A stretch of 64,000 nucleotides of DNA from Cyanophora paradoxa CCMP329 (lineage: Eukaryota > Plantae > Glaucophyta). This document shows, piece by piece, positions 9,832 to 20,600 of this stretch. The position numbers and the translations under genes were made by a program. Each line of letters opens with the position of its first letter. Position 1 is the first letter of the stretch. The notes below the pieces were generated by a model, which was not told where the DNA came from, ran no database searches, and saw only the letters and a program-made list of their open reading frames with translations. Location of the stretch: the NCBI GenBank assembly GCA_004431415.1, contig QPMI01000454.1:1-64000 (forward strand), given 5' to 3'.

Positions 9832-11010
9832 CCCCGAGCCTCACCCGACGCCGAGCCCCGCGGCCGGGGCTCGGCTGCAAGCTGATGAAGCTGGGCCGAA
9901 AGGAAGCGCAGCTCTCGAAAGGAGATCTTTGCAGACTCGGCTCTCGATTCCGCTGCCAGCTGTTGGGCCCACGCGTATACTTGTTCTCGTCGAAACTGTC
10001 ACGGCGGCGGCTTCGAATTCCGTAGATCCGCGGCCACTCCTTGCACAGCACGCCCGCGGCTGTTACTAACGGCTGGAACTCGGGCTTCGCGGACAAGGTT
10101 AAGCGATACACAACTAACACTAGTGCCGCCGTCGCCGGAAGCTTAAGCGGGAGCGCTAGCGCCCCACCGCGTGTAGGCGTGCACTGCAAGTCTGCAACGC
10201 TAACAGCTAGCTCCGCTGCAACTTAGGCCGCTACCTATACTGGATACGTACAACACGGTACAAGTAAAGGAGCAAGTTCGGTAGTATTGCCGCTACTATT
10301 GCGTGCGCATCTATGCGCGCGCGCGTACGGTGCCTGTTCGTCGATGTGAGAAGCTACACGCTTACTGCGCTCCTGAAAAACTTACGCACAGAAGCTGAAC
10401 AATGCGCGTCCACGACGTCCGGGAACAATCGCAGAGCTTGCGGATCGCGAATCGCGATCGCGTCAAGGAACCGTTGAACGGCCAAGGATCATCGGGCCGA
10501 CATCGGCCCCGGGATGCGCCGCATGATCCGCATCATGCGCGCCCCGTGGCGTCATTATTGGTCCACCGCCAGATTCGAGCCTCAATTTTTCGATCTACCT
10601 ACGCCGTACCCCCGCCAAGGAACTTGGGGTACAAGAGCAGCTCGTTCTGGCTAGCTGGCTAGCTGGCGAGTTGGGCGCCATCTCAACGTAGTCTTACGCA
10701 ACCCCGAGCTCCCCGTGAGCTGGCGGCAGCTTGCCGGCAGCGAGCGGCCGGGCGCGCCAGACTTCAACAGGCCGACAGGAGCGCCCCTGCGACGGAACCT
10801 GGAAGAGCGAGTAGCGCTGAGGTGGTCGCGGGGCATCCCGTAGCTCGCTCCGGCGAACTTCGGTGGGCGAAGCTTGCGAGCACCCGTCGTCACCTCGACC
10901 CAGCAAGATGGTGGTGCGCAGCGTTGCTCTCTGCTAGTGCCCAGAGTTGCTTGTATGCTTAGCTATGGCACATCTCCGCCCGAGCTAACCCCGAGGCGGC
11001 TGGGAACCCA

Positions 11011-14000
11011 ATGCGCATGCAGAAGGGGCAGGCGGCAGGCAAGAAGGGCAAGGGGAAGAAGGGGCGGAAGCCGAGCGCGGCGGGGATGGTGCCGCAGTCG
11101 GTGCTGGAGATCCTGGAGGCGAGGCTGAAGACCTCGAACCAGGAGCTCGAGGCCCTCCGGTCCCCGCCCCGCCCCGCCCCGCCGCTCGCCGCCCGCCGGC
11201 CGACGCCGCCGCTCGCAGCGTGCGCGCCGACTACGTGAAGAGCGACTACGACAAGGTCAAGGTACGGCCGCCGGCCCCCGCGCCGGTTCCGGCGCCGGGG
11301 CGCGGGGCCGACACGCCGCTGACAGGTCGAGCTGGCCGACGCGAGGCTCTCGTGCGCGGGCGGGGGGCGCGGGGGCGGGGCGCGGGCGCGGGGCCGGCTG
11401 CCCGGGCGCGGGGCGAGGGGCGGGGTCGTCCGCAGGCTGGAGCGGAAGGAGGAGCAGCTGCGGGCGCGGGAGAAGGACCTCGAGCACGCCGAGCAGCGCT
11501 TCGAGGAGCAGAGCAAGGCCCGCCCGCCCCGGGCCCCAGCCCAGCCCCCGCCCGCCGCGGCCGCCCCTCACCGGCCCCGCCCCGCCCCGCCGCAGATCTG
11601 GCGGCAGCAGCTCGAGGACGTCCGCGCCGAGCAGTGCGCCCGCCGGGGCCGCCGGGGCGGGGCGGGCGGGGCGGGGCGCTGAGGGGCCGCCAGCCAGCGG
11701 GCCTTCCTGGGCCTCAAACAGGGCGACGAGGGCTACGTCAAGCTCCTCCAGGAGCAGTTCCGGTGCGCTGCGCCGCGCCGGCGGGGCGGGGCGGGGCTGC
11801 GCGGGGCTGCGGGGGGCCGAGCGGGGGCGGGGCGGCCGGCAGGGAGCGGGAGCGGGAGCTGAAGGAGGATCGGGAGCACCTCGAGAAGCGCATCCGGGTG
11901 CGAGCGAGCGGGCACCCCGCAGGAGGCGCCGGGGCCGCGGCGGCGCTGAAGGGGGCGGGGGCGCAGGAGATCGAGCAGACGTACGAGCGGCGGATGGAGG
12001 CGATGAAGCAGGAGCAGGAGGCCTCGATGCGCCGCTGGCTCGAGGCCCGCCCCCGCTCCCGCGAGGCTCCCCCGCCGGCCGGCCTCGCCCCCCTGACCGG
12101 CCGGCCGGCGGGGGCACAGGAGTTCGAGACGCCGACACTGCTGGGCGTGTACAAGCAGTCGCACGGGCCGGCCCCCGGTGCGGCCCCGCCCCGCCCCGCC
12201 CGGCTCGGTGGCCGACCGGGGCGGCGAGTGACGCGGCGGGGGGCAGGCAAGTGGGAGATCTCGACGTCGTTCGTGCCGACGGTGCCGCAGGCGACGTCGC
12301 TCTTCCCGCGGCCGCCGAGCGCGGGGCGGGGCCGGCCCTCCTCGGCCGGCGGGCGCTACCGGAACATCTACGAGAAGCTGACGGACCCCGGGATCTACAC
12401 GGGGGCCCACAAGGCCCGCTTCGCCGCCGCCTTCGACGACCCCGCCCCGCCCCCGCCGCCCCCCGCACCCCGCGAGCCCTCGCCCCCGCCGGGGCCGCCC
12501 CCCGTCCGCATCCAGCACACCCTCGACGTCAAGCCCCCGCCCAGCCGCAGCCGCAGCCGCAGCCGCCGGCGCAGCCGCGGCCGGCCTCCGCGGGGCCCCG
12601 CACGCAGGCGTGGGAGGCGGGGCAGGGGGCGCGGAGCCCGCCGCCGCAGTCGGGGGCCCCGGCGCCCGGGCAGCAGCAGCAGCAGCAGCAGCAGGGGATC
12701 GGGCGGGTGGGAAAGGCGGAGAACGAGCGGCTGGAGGCGCGGTTCCTGGAGTTCTGCCGCTTCGGGGACAAGTCGAACCTCGGGCAGATGAACTCCGCCA
12801 AGTTCTCCAAGCTCTGCCGCGGTGCCCCGCCCCCTGTCCCCCGCCCCTGCCCTCCCCCGCGGGCTCACCCGCCCTCTACGGCAGAGTGCGGGCTGATGGA
12901 CGCGTCGTTCACGCCGACGGACGCCGACCTCGTCTTCTCGAGCGCCCTCGTCAAGGGCCAACGCCTCATCACCTTCCAGCAGTTCAAGGCCCGCCCCCGC
13001 CCCGGCCCCCGCCCGCCCCGCCCCGCCCGGCTGAGCCGCTGGGGCAGGCGGCGCTGCGGATGGCGGCGGCGCGGAAGCACGGGACGCTGGGCCCCGACGA
13101 GGGCTTTGCCGCCCTCGTTTCCGCCGTCCGCCCACCCCTCGGCCCTCAGCTTTCCCCCGCCCCCCGCCGTCCGCGCTCTGACCCCCTCGCAGATCCTCAT
13201 GGCCCGGGGCCCGACAACACCGGCACGGCGCGCCCCGCGCCCCAGCCCCCGCCCCGCCCCGGGGCCGCCCGCTGACGCGCCCGCCGCCGCGCAGCGCGCC
13301 GACGCGCGGGGCGTCTACTCGAAGCTCACCGACGTCGCCCTCTACACCGGTACCCCCGCCGCCCGCCCCCCCCCCCTCCCCCCCCCCCCTCCGCTGAGGG
13401 CCTCCCCCAGGGATGTACAAGGACCGGTTCGCGGAGAAGTTCTCGGCCGCGGCGGCCGCCGCCGGCGCCGACGACGCCTCCTTCTTCGTCACCCAGCGCG
13501 GTGCGCGGGGCCGAGGGGCCCCGCCCCCCCCCGCCCCCGCCGCTGAGGGCGCGGGCGCAGGCGAGGGCGGCGGAGGCGGCACGGCGCGCTCCGCGTCGCC
13601 CCAGCACGCGAAGCCGGCGGCGGCGGCGGCGGCGGCGGCGCACGCGCCCCCCGCGGCGCCGCACCCGCCGCCGAAGGTGTCGCGGCTCGGGGCGCGGGAG
13701 TGGGACGCGCTGCGGGACGTGTACATGCGCTTCTGCCAGTTCGGCGGCGACCGCGTCCGCCCCCGCCCCCGCCCCGCCCGCCCCCGCCCCGCCCGCCCCC
13801 GCCCCGCCCGCCCCCGCCCGCCCGGCCGCGGCCGGCCCCGCTCACGCCCCCCCCCCGCGGCGGCAGATGAACACGGGGCAGATGACCAACCAGAAGTTCA
13901 ACAAGATGCTCCGCGGTGCGCCCGGGGACTGGGGCGGGGCGCTCGGGCCGCGCTGCGCGGGCGGGGCCGACGCGGCCGGCGGGGCAGACACGGGGCTGCT

Positions 14001-16056
14001 GGAGGGCGGGTTCACGCCGACGGACGGGGACCTGCTCTGGTCCCAAGTCTGCCCCAAGGGCCTCCGCACCGTCGAGTTCGAGCAGTTCACGGTGCCCCGC
14101 CCCCTCCGCCCCCGCCTCCGCCCCGCTCACCCTCGCTCACCCCCTCGCCCGCCGGCTGCAGGCGCTGCTGCGGGGCATCGGGCGCAAGAAGGAGCCCCGC
14201 CTGAGTGCGCGCGGCCGCCCCGCCCCACCGGCCCCTGCGGAGCCCTCACGGGGCGGGGCGGCAGGCGACGAGGAGGCGCTTCACTACGTGGCCGGCATCG
14301 TCGCCGCCTCGGGGGGCCCCCAGGACCGCGGCTCCGTGCGCCCCGCCGAGTCGCGGGGCCCGGCCTTCTTCTCCGCCTCACCCGCCCGCCGGCGGCAGCG
14401 GGCGGACACGCGGGGGATCTACTCGAAGCTGACGGACGTGAGCAAGTACACCGGCATGTACCGCGAGCGGTCCGCCCCCGCCCCTGGCCCCCACCCCGCC
14501 CCGCCTCGCCTGATCCCCGCTCCCCGCCGCGCAGATTCGTCCCCGACGAGCCCGAGTAGCCGCCCCTCCCCTCCCCTCCCCTGGCCTGTTGCGCCTTGTT
14601 TGGGCGCTGATCCCGCGCCCCCGCCTGCGCCCCACAGGTACCTGCCCTTCACATTCCCGCCCCGCCCCACCAGCGCCCCGCGCCAGCGACCCGAGTCCCC
14701 CTCGGGCGGCGCCTCGCCCCGGCCCCAGTCGGCCCGCCGGCCCCAGTCCGCCCGCCGCGCCCCGCGCGCCCCCTCAGCGCCCGCGCCTCCCTCCCCTCGG
14801 GGCAGCCGGCGCCGGGGCCCGGCCCGGCGGCGCCGGCGCCGGGGGGCCCCGCCGGGGAGCACCTGCGGGCGCTCTTCGGGGCGTACTGCCAGTTCGGGGA
14901 CAAGGGCAACACGGGGGCCCTCACGGGCACCAAGTTCGCCAAGTTCTGCCGCGGTGCGCCCTGGGCCTTCCTAGTTCAGAAGCCGGCGGCTCGCTGAGGG
15001 CGGGGCCAGAGTGCGAGCTGGTGGGGCGGGACCTCTCCGCGACGGACGTCGACCTCGTCTGGTCCCAGGTCTGCCCCCGCGGCGCCCGCACCGTCGACTT
15101 CGACCAGTTCGCGGTGCCCCCGCCCCCGCCGGCCCCGGCCCCGGTCCGCTCCCGCCTTACGGGGGGCGGCAGGCGGCGCTGCGGGCGATCTCGACGGCGC
15201 TGTACCCCGCGCTGGGGCACGAGGAGGCCTTCCGGCGGACGCTGGAGCGCCTGCTCCGCTTCAGGGGCCCCGAGAGCAGCGGCACGCCCGCCGACGCCAC
15301 CGGCATCTACTCCAAGGTCGCCCGACCCCGCCCCGAGCAAGGCCGGCGAGGGGCTCTGACGGCTGACGGCTGACGGCGGGGCCGCGCAGCTGACGGACCC
15401 GGGGCAGTACACGGGCATGTACAAGGAGCGCGCCGCCGAGGCCGGCGAGCGCGGGCGCGGCGGGCCCTCGCCCCCGCCCGCCGCCGCCGCCTCCAGGCGC
15501 GACTCGGCCGGCTCCACGTCCGGGGCGGGGCGCCCGACGCTGGCGCCCACGGAGATGTCGTGGGTGTCGGCGCCGTCGCCGCGGCCGCCGGCGCTGCAGT
15601 CGCCGCCGCCCCTCTTGGGGGGCCTCGCCGGGGCGGAGCTGGAGGCGGGCGGGGAGCCGACGCTGGCCTCTGTCTTCCTCGACTGCTGCCGGGCGGGGGA
15701 CCCCCAGAACCGCGGCAAGATGAGCGGCGCCAAGGCCCGTCGCCCGCCCCCGCCCTGTGTGACGCATCGGGCCCCGTCGGCATCTGACGCCCGCGCAGTT
15801 CGCGCGCTTCTGCAAGGCGCTGGAGATCGTGGCGGACGGGTCGGGGGCGGAGGCGCCGCTGAGCGGGGTGGACGCGGAGCTGACGTTCGCGCTGGTGGCG
15901 CGCAAGGGCGAGCGCGTCATCGGCTTCCGCCAGTTCGAGGAGGCCTTCCGCTCCCTCGCCCGCCGCGTCTTCCCCGAGGGGACCCCCGACGAGGCCGTGG
16001 ACCGCCTCACCCGCCGCGCCCTCGCCACCGACTTCGAGGGAGTCCCCTTCCCCTAG
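11011..16056 (+). CDS. Multi-domain TPPP/p25-alpha family microtubule-binding protein with N-terminal coiled coil (multi-exon)
   Basis: Four p25-alpha cores (e.g. FLEFCRFGD...MNSAKFSKLCRECGLMD..FTPTDADLVF...ITFQQFKAAL) and four Y(E/S)KLTDxxxYTGxxxxR motifs. Confidence 0.85.
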
Positions 16057-16835
16057 CCGGCCCCTGCCCTCGGCCCGCCCCCTTCCGAAATTACTCCCCC
16101 GCGCGCCGGCCCGCCCCCTCCTCCCCCGCGCCCCCCCCCCCCCCCCCCCCCCCCCCTTTTTTTCAAACTCCCCCGCCAGGCTGTGTGATAGGCCTAGGGC
16201 GCAGTGTAAGTGACCTGTGGACCCCTCGCTTCCTTCGACCTTCCTTGACAGCCTGTCCGAATCCGCGCCATATCATGATTGAATGAAGGCTGTCTATATA
16301 TAGTTCTGCAAGCTTTTCAAAGGGAATCTATCACTGAATCACTGACTCTAGCTTAAGATCACTGAATTGAATATCTACACGTATACTCATTATATAACCT
16401 TCAAGCCTGCAATTACATGGAAACATGCATATGCATGCGCTGCGCGTGCACGTCTTTCCCCCCGGCCTTTATAAGGCTTCCCATGCATGCATATGCGCAT
16501 GCAAGCACGTGCACTGCGGCATGCGCAGCGCTAGCTGCTGTTCCCCTTTCCTCTAGATCCGGGCGAGGCCCCTTGAGCTTCGAATTCGATTCATCACTTC
16601 GGGTTCAGGATCATCACTAGTAGTAATGCAATTTCTATTTTCAAAATTGCATTATCACCAACTCGAGCTCATTGATTCGAATCTGTAACTTAGTAACCTC
16701 ATCTCATCATGATCATGATCATCCCCTCCACTACAACTAGAGCTACTAGGGATTGCATGCAATTTAGATTTGCACTGGTAGTGATTTTGCAGATCTAGAT
16801 CTAGATCGAGACTTCGAATTCTTCAGGCTGGCAAA

Positions 16836-17434
16836 TGTTGCGTGCAGTGTGAGGACCCGGGATGATTCGGGGAATCACTAGCCTCTCGCGAGATGGCCTA
16901 TTGGTAGAACTGCCGCCTTGACACCCCTTAGTCGTTGGTTCGACTCCGGCTGGGTCCGGGTCGCAACGCGTCCATAACATGGGGGCTGCTAACGGACCTG
17001 GTTCGACTCCCGACGAGGGATAGACCGGGCTTCGAATCCCACGCGGGGCGCTAGGAAGCGCTGGCTGAGGGCCGCTGCATCGCGGTACCCCGATAAGCCC
17101 GGCACCTGCATCGGTGGCCGCCGAAGAGCCTAGAAACTGCGCGCACGGAAAAAAGCGGCAGTTGCGGCTGTGTGAAGTGGGTGTCACGTGCGGCATGTGA
17201 CCGAGGTTGAGATCGCGAGTTGTGAGGTGAAATGCAGCAATGGAACCGCACGGAAGGATCTCGGGGTCGAGATCACCGTGGCGGGGGGGATGTTGCGTGC
17301 AGTGTGAGGACCCGGGATGATTCGGGGAATCACTAGCCTCTCGCGAGATGGCCTATTGGTAGAACTGCCGCCTTGACACCCCTTAGTCGTTGGTTCGACT
17401 CCGGCTGGGTCCGGGTCGCAACGCGTCCATAACA
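16836..17434 (+). mobile_element. Non-autonomous LTR retroelement in miniature (TRIM), 599 bp
   Basis: Two identical 144-bp TG...CA direct repeats (16836-16979, 17291-17434); 4-bp TSD CAAA (16832-16835, 17435-17438); PBS TGGGGGCT at 16980; polypurine tract GGCGGGGGGGA ending at 17290. Confidence 0.92.
16894..16957 (+). promoter_or_regulatory. tRNA-like Pol III internal promoter within the 5' LTR (second copy 455 bp downstream in the 3' LTR)
   Basis: A-box-like TGGCCTATTGG at 16894-16904 and B-box GGTTCGACTCC at 16937-16947 with tRNA-like spacing; T-arm GTTGG-TTCGACT-CCGGC. Confidence 0.7.
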
Positions 17435-17688
17435 CAAAAATCTAGATCTAGCTCAGCCTGGCAGCGGCTCATCATATCAAATGATCATGAGAATCCTGGG
17501 CATGAGTATTTTCTCTGTATATGATCATTCAACATGCAGCGCTAGCGTTAACGTTACTTCGATCAATTACGATGCCGGCGCCGCTGGGGATTGGCACGTC
17601 TGCCTGTGCGCTGGCCATCGGCCAACCTGGCACTCCGGGGAGCAGTAGTACTCGGCCCCCGCGCCGCAGCCCGCGCCACAGCCTGAGT

Positions 17689-20600
17689 TCACGGGCGCCT
17701 GTGGCTGCGGGTGCGGCTGCGGGCGGGGAGGGTGCCCTGGAGGGCGCGCTTGAAGGCCGAGTTGCAGAGGCCGGAGGCGGTGAAGACGGAGAGGACGCCG
17801 CCCTCCGCCTCCTGCGCGCCCGCGTCAACCGCGGCCGAGTCGTCGTCGCGCTTGAATAAGAGTCTGCGGAGATCGGGATCGGGATCTGTTGGGCGCACCA
17901 CCCCCCGCTGGTACCACCGGGCGGCCTCCGCAGTGCGCCCCTGCCCGCGCCCGCACGTACGCGTGAGCGCCGCGCGCGAAACGGACGCCGCGCGTGCGGG
18001 GGCGGGCTCGCCTCCTGGTTGCAGTGGTACGCGAGCTGGAAGTGCGCCTCCGCGAACTCCCTGCGAGCCCCGCGAACGCTGACATTGGCACTCCCGCAAG
18101 CGCAGGGCAGGGCAGAGCTTGCAGGGCCGCACCGCTCCTCGGGGGAGGCGGCGGCTACGTAGGACTTGAGGCGGGCGATGCCCTCCGCCCTCTTCGCGGG
18201 GATGCGGCTCTCCCTGCGCCGGCGGGGTCCTCGACGTCAGCTCGACGGGGCCGAGCGCGAGCGGCGAGGGGGGCCCGGGGCGCATGCGCATGCGCACGAG
18301 GAGCCGAGGAAGAAGAGGAGCGAGGGGCGGTGGGGCCTGTCGGCGGGGGAGCCGGAGGCGTCCAGGAGCTCCAGCGCCCGCCGCAGGAGTCGCGCCACCT
18401 CGCCGACGGCCCCCGTGTGTATTGTAATGCTCGCCGCCAGGCTGCCCACGCGCGTCGCATAAGCGAGGGGCTGGGCGCTGGGACGGGGCGGGGCGGGGCG
18501 GACGCGTGGAGGGCCCAGTCGTTGGGGGCGAACGCGAGGGCGCGCTGCAATAGCGGCACCATGTTGGCGGCCCCCACAGACCAGCCGTTTGAGTTCTGCC
18601 GTTTGTTGAGACCAGCAGCTTGCGGAAACCGCAGCCGCATGCGCAGGGCACGCCGGCCGCGGGGCGCACAACGCAGCAGAAGGCGGTGACGGCGTCCGGG
18701 TCGTTGGGACGCCCCGCCAGGTACGCCTGCAACTCATCCTGCGCGCGAGAGAAGGCCCGACTCGTGAGCTGGGACTTGCTAGCGATTGTGATTGCATCGC
18801 GAGGAGAACTTGGTGACGCGCCCTGAGCCGCTCCCTGAGGTGATCCGGCATGATGATGACTTCGCTGTTGCGCTTTATTGCGAAAGCCAGGTGCGGAACC
18901 TGCGTGCGCGCGGGGCGCCCTGAGGCGGCGGGAGCCTGAGGGGGGCGAGACCGGTGTACCGCCTCCGGGACGCGCCCCGCACGCCAGAGCCCGAAGCCCG
19001 TGTCCCACCGGCGACGGCAGACCAGCAGACGCGCCGCGACCTGCGCATGCGCGCGCACACACACACGTCAACGATTCAGATTTCGCAAGAGCTTTGGAGG
19101 AGACTGCGAGCACCGCGCTGCCGGCGTCCGCAAGGGGCTGCAGCGCGTCGCAGTGGAAGCGGTCTTGTAAAGTGAACGGGAACGGGACCTGCGCGCATGC
19201 AGAATTCAGATTCGATGTGACTCTTCGTCAGGGGCAGTCACGCTGCACCTCGGCCGATGTCGACGCCGCAGCCGATGTCGACGCCGCAGCTGATGTCGAC
19301 GCCGCAGCCGATGTCGACGCCGCAGCTGATGTCGACGCCGCAGCTGATGTCGACGCCGCAGCCGATGTCGACGCCGCAGCTGATGTCGACGCCGCAGCTG
19401 ATGTCGACGCCGCAGCCGATGTCGAAACCGCAGCTGATGTCGACGTTGCAGCCGATGTCGACGCCGCAGCCGATGTCGACGCCGCAGCCGATGTCGACGC
19501 CGCAGCCGATGTCGACGCCGCAGCCGACGTCGACGCCGCAGCCGACGTCGACGCCGCAGCCGATGTCGACGCCGCAGCTGATGTCGACGCCGCAGCCGAT
19601 GTCGACGCCGCAGCTGATGTCGACGCCGCAGCCGATGTCGACGCCGCAGCTGATGTCGACGCCGCAGCCGATGTCGACGCCGCAGCTGATGTCGACGCCG
19701 CAGCCGATGTCGACGCCGGCGTCTCGACTGGAACCTGCTGGAACCGGTGCGCTGTAAATATAAGATTTTCCTGGAAGCGACCCCGGCTCCGGCCCGGCCC
19801 GCTTACCCGCTGCGCGTTGGCTTCCCGGCGTTTGTCCTCCAAGCGCGCGAGCTCCGTCCGCAGTGATTCGTTCTGCGTGTCCAATCTTGTGGCCTCGCGA
19901 ACATTCGAGATCGCAGCGTCAAGCTTGCCCTGCCTTTCCAGTGCTTCGGCCAATAACGAGTGCATCTGTGCGTATGGAGTGAACGAATTGATTAGATGGA
20001 TAAGCGAGCGTCATGATCATATTGATACTCGAAAGATTGGGTCGACGCACTTCCACAATTTTAGATTGCGGACACAATTGCGATCCACGAGGGAGCCCCA
20101 TTGCAACAACGTACAGACATTGGAAAGCAGCTTTGATCCACCGCTCGCGTTTCCGCGGTTCCGCTATCTCTTGCGCCGCACGGAACCAGTAGTCCACAAT
20201 GCGATCGACGCAGGCCGCCTTCAATGGGATGCTAGCAGAGCCCAGCAGCTTGTAGAGCTCTGCGTCCAAGTGCTCGGCTGCGACCGAAAGAAGGGCCGCA
20301 TTCCCTTCGCTCGGCAGCTGCAGGCGAGCAATGCGCTGGGCGCCAAGAACAGCGTCCAGGCTCGCGCGGCGCCGCTCCAGGCCGGCGACGGCCATGGCCG
20401 GCGTAGATGCACGGCGAAGATGGAGCAGTATGCACGCCTCCACAGCCATGACGGCTTCACTCGGAAGGAGGGGCAGTTCTAGACCGCCCAGCAGCTCGAA
20501 GACCTCGTCGAGACGGCCCTGGGCCATAAGTACCCGCGCCAAGAGTACTTGGGCCTGCAGATAACGAGGGGCGGGATATATTAGAACAGGAATCATCATG

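Noticed and set aside
16853-16960. Functional tRNA-Val(GAC) gene, two copies
   Set aside because: The anticodon stem (CCGCC/CCCTT) does not pair, there is extra sequence before the D arm, and both copies are LTRs of one element.
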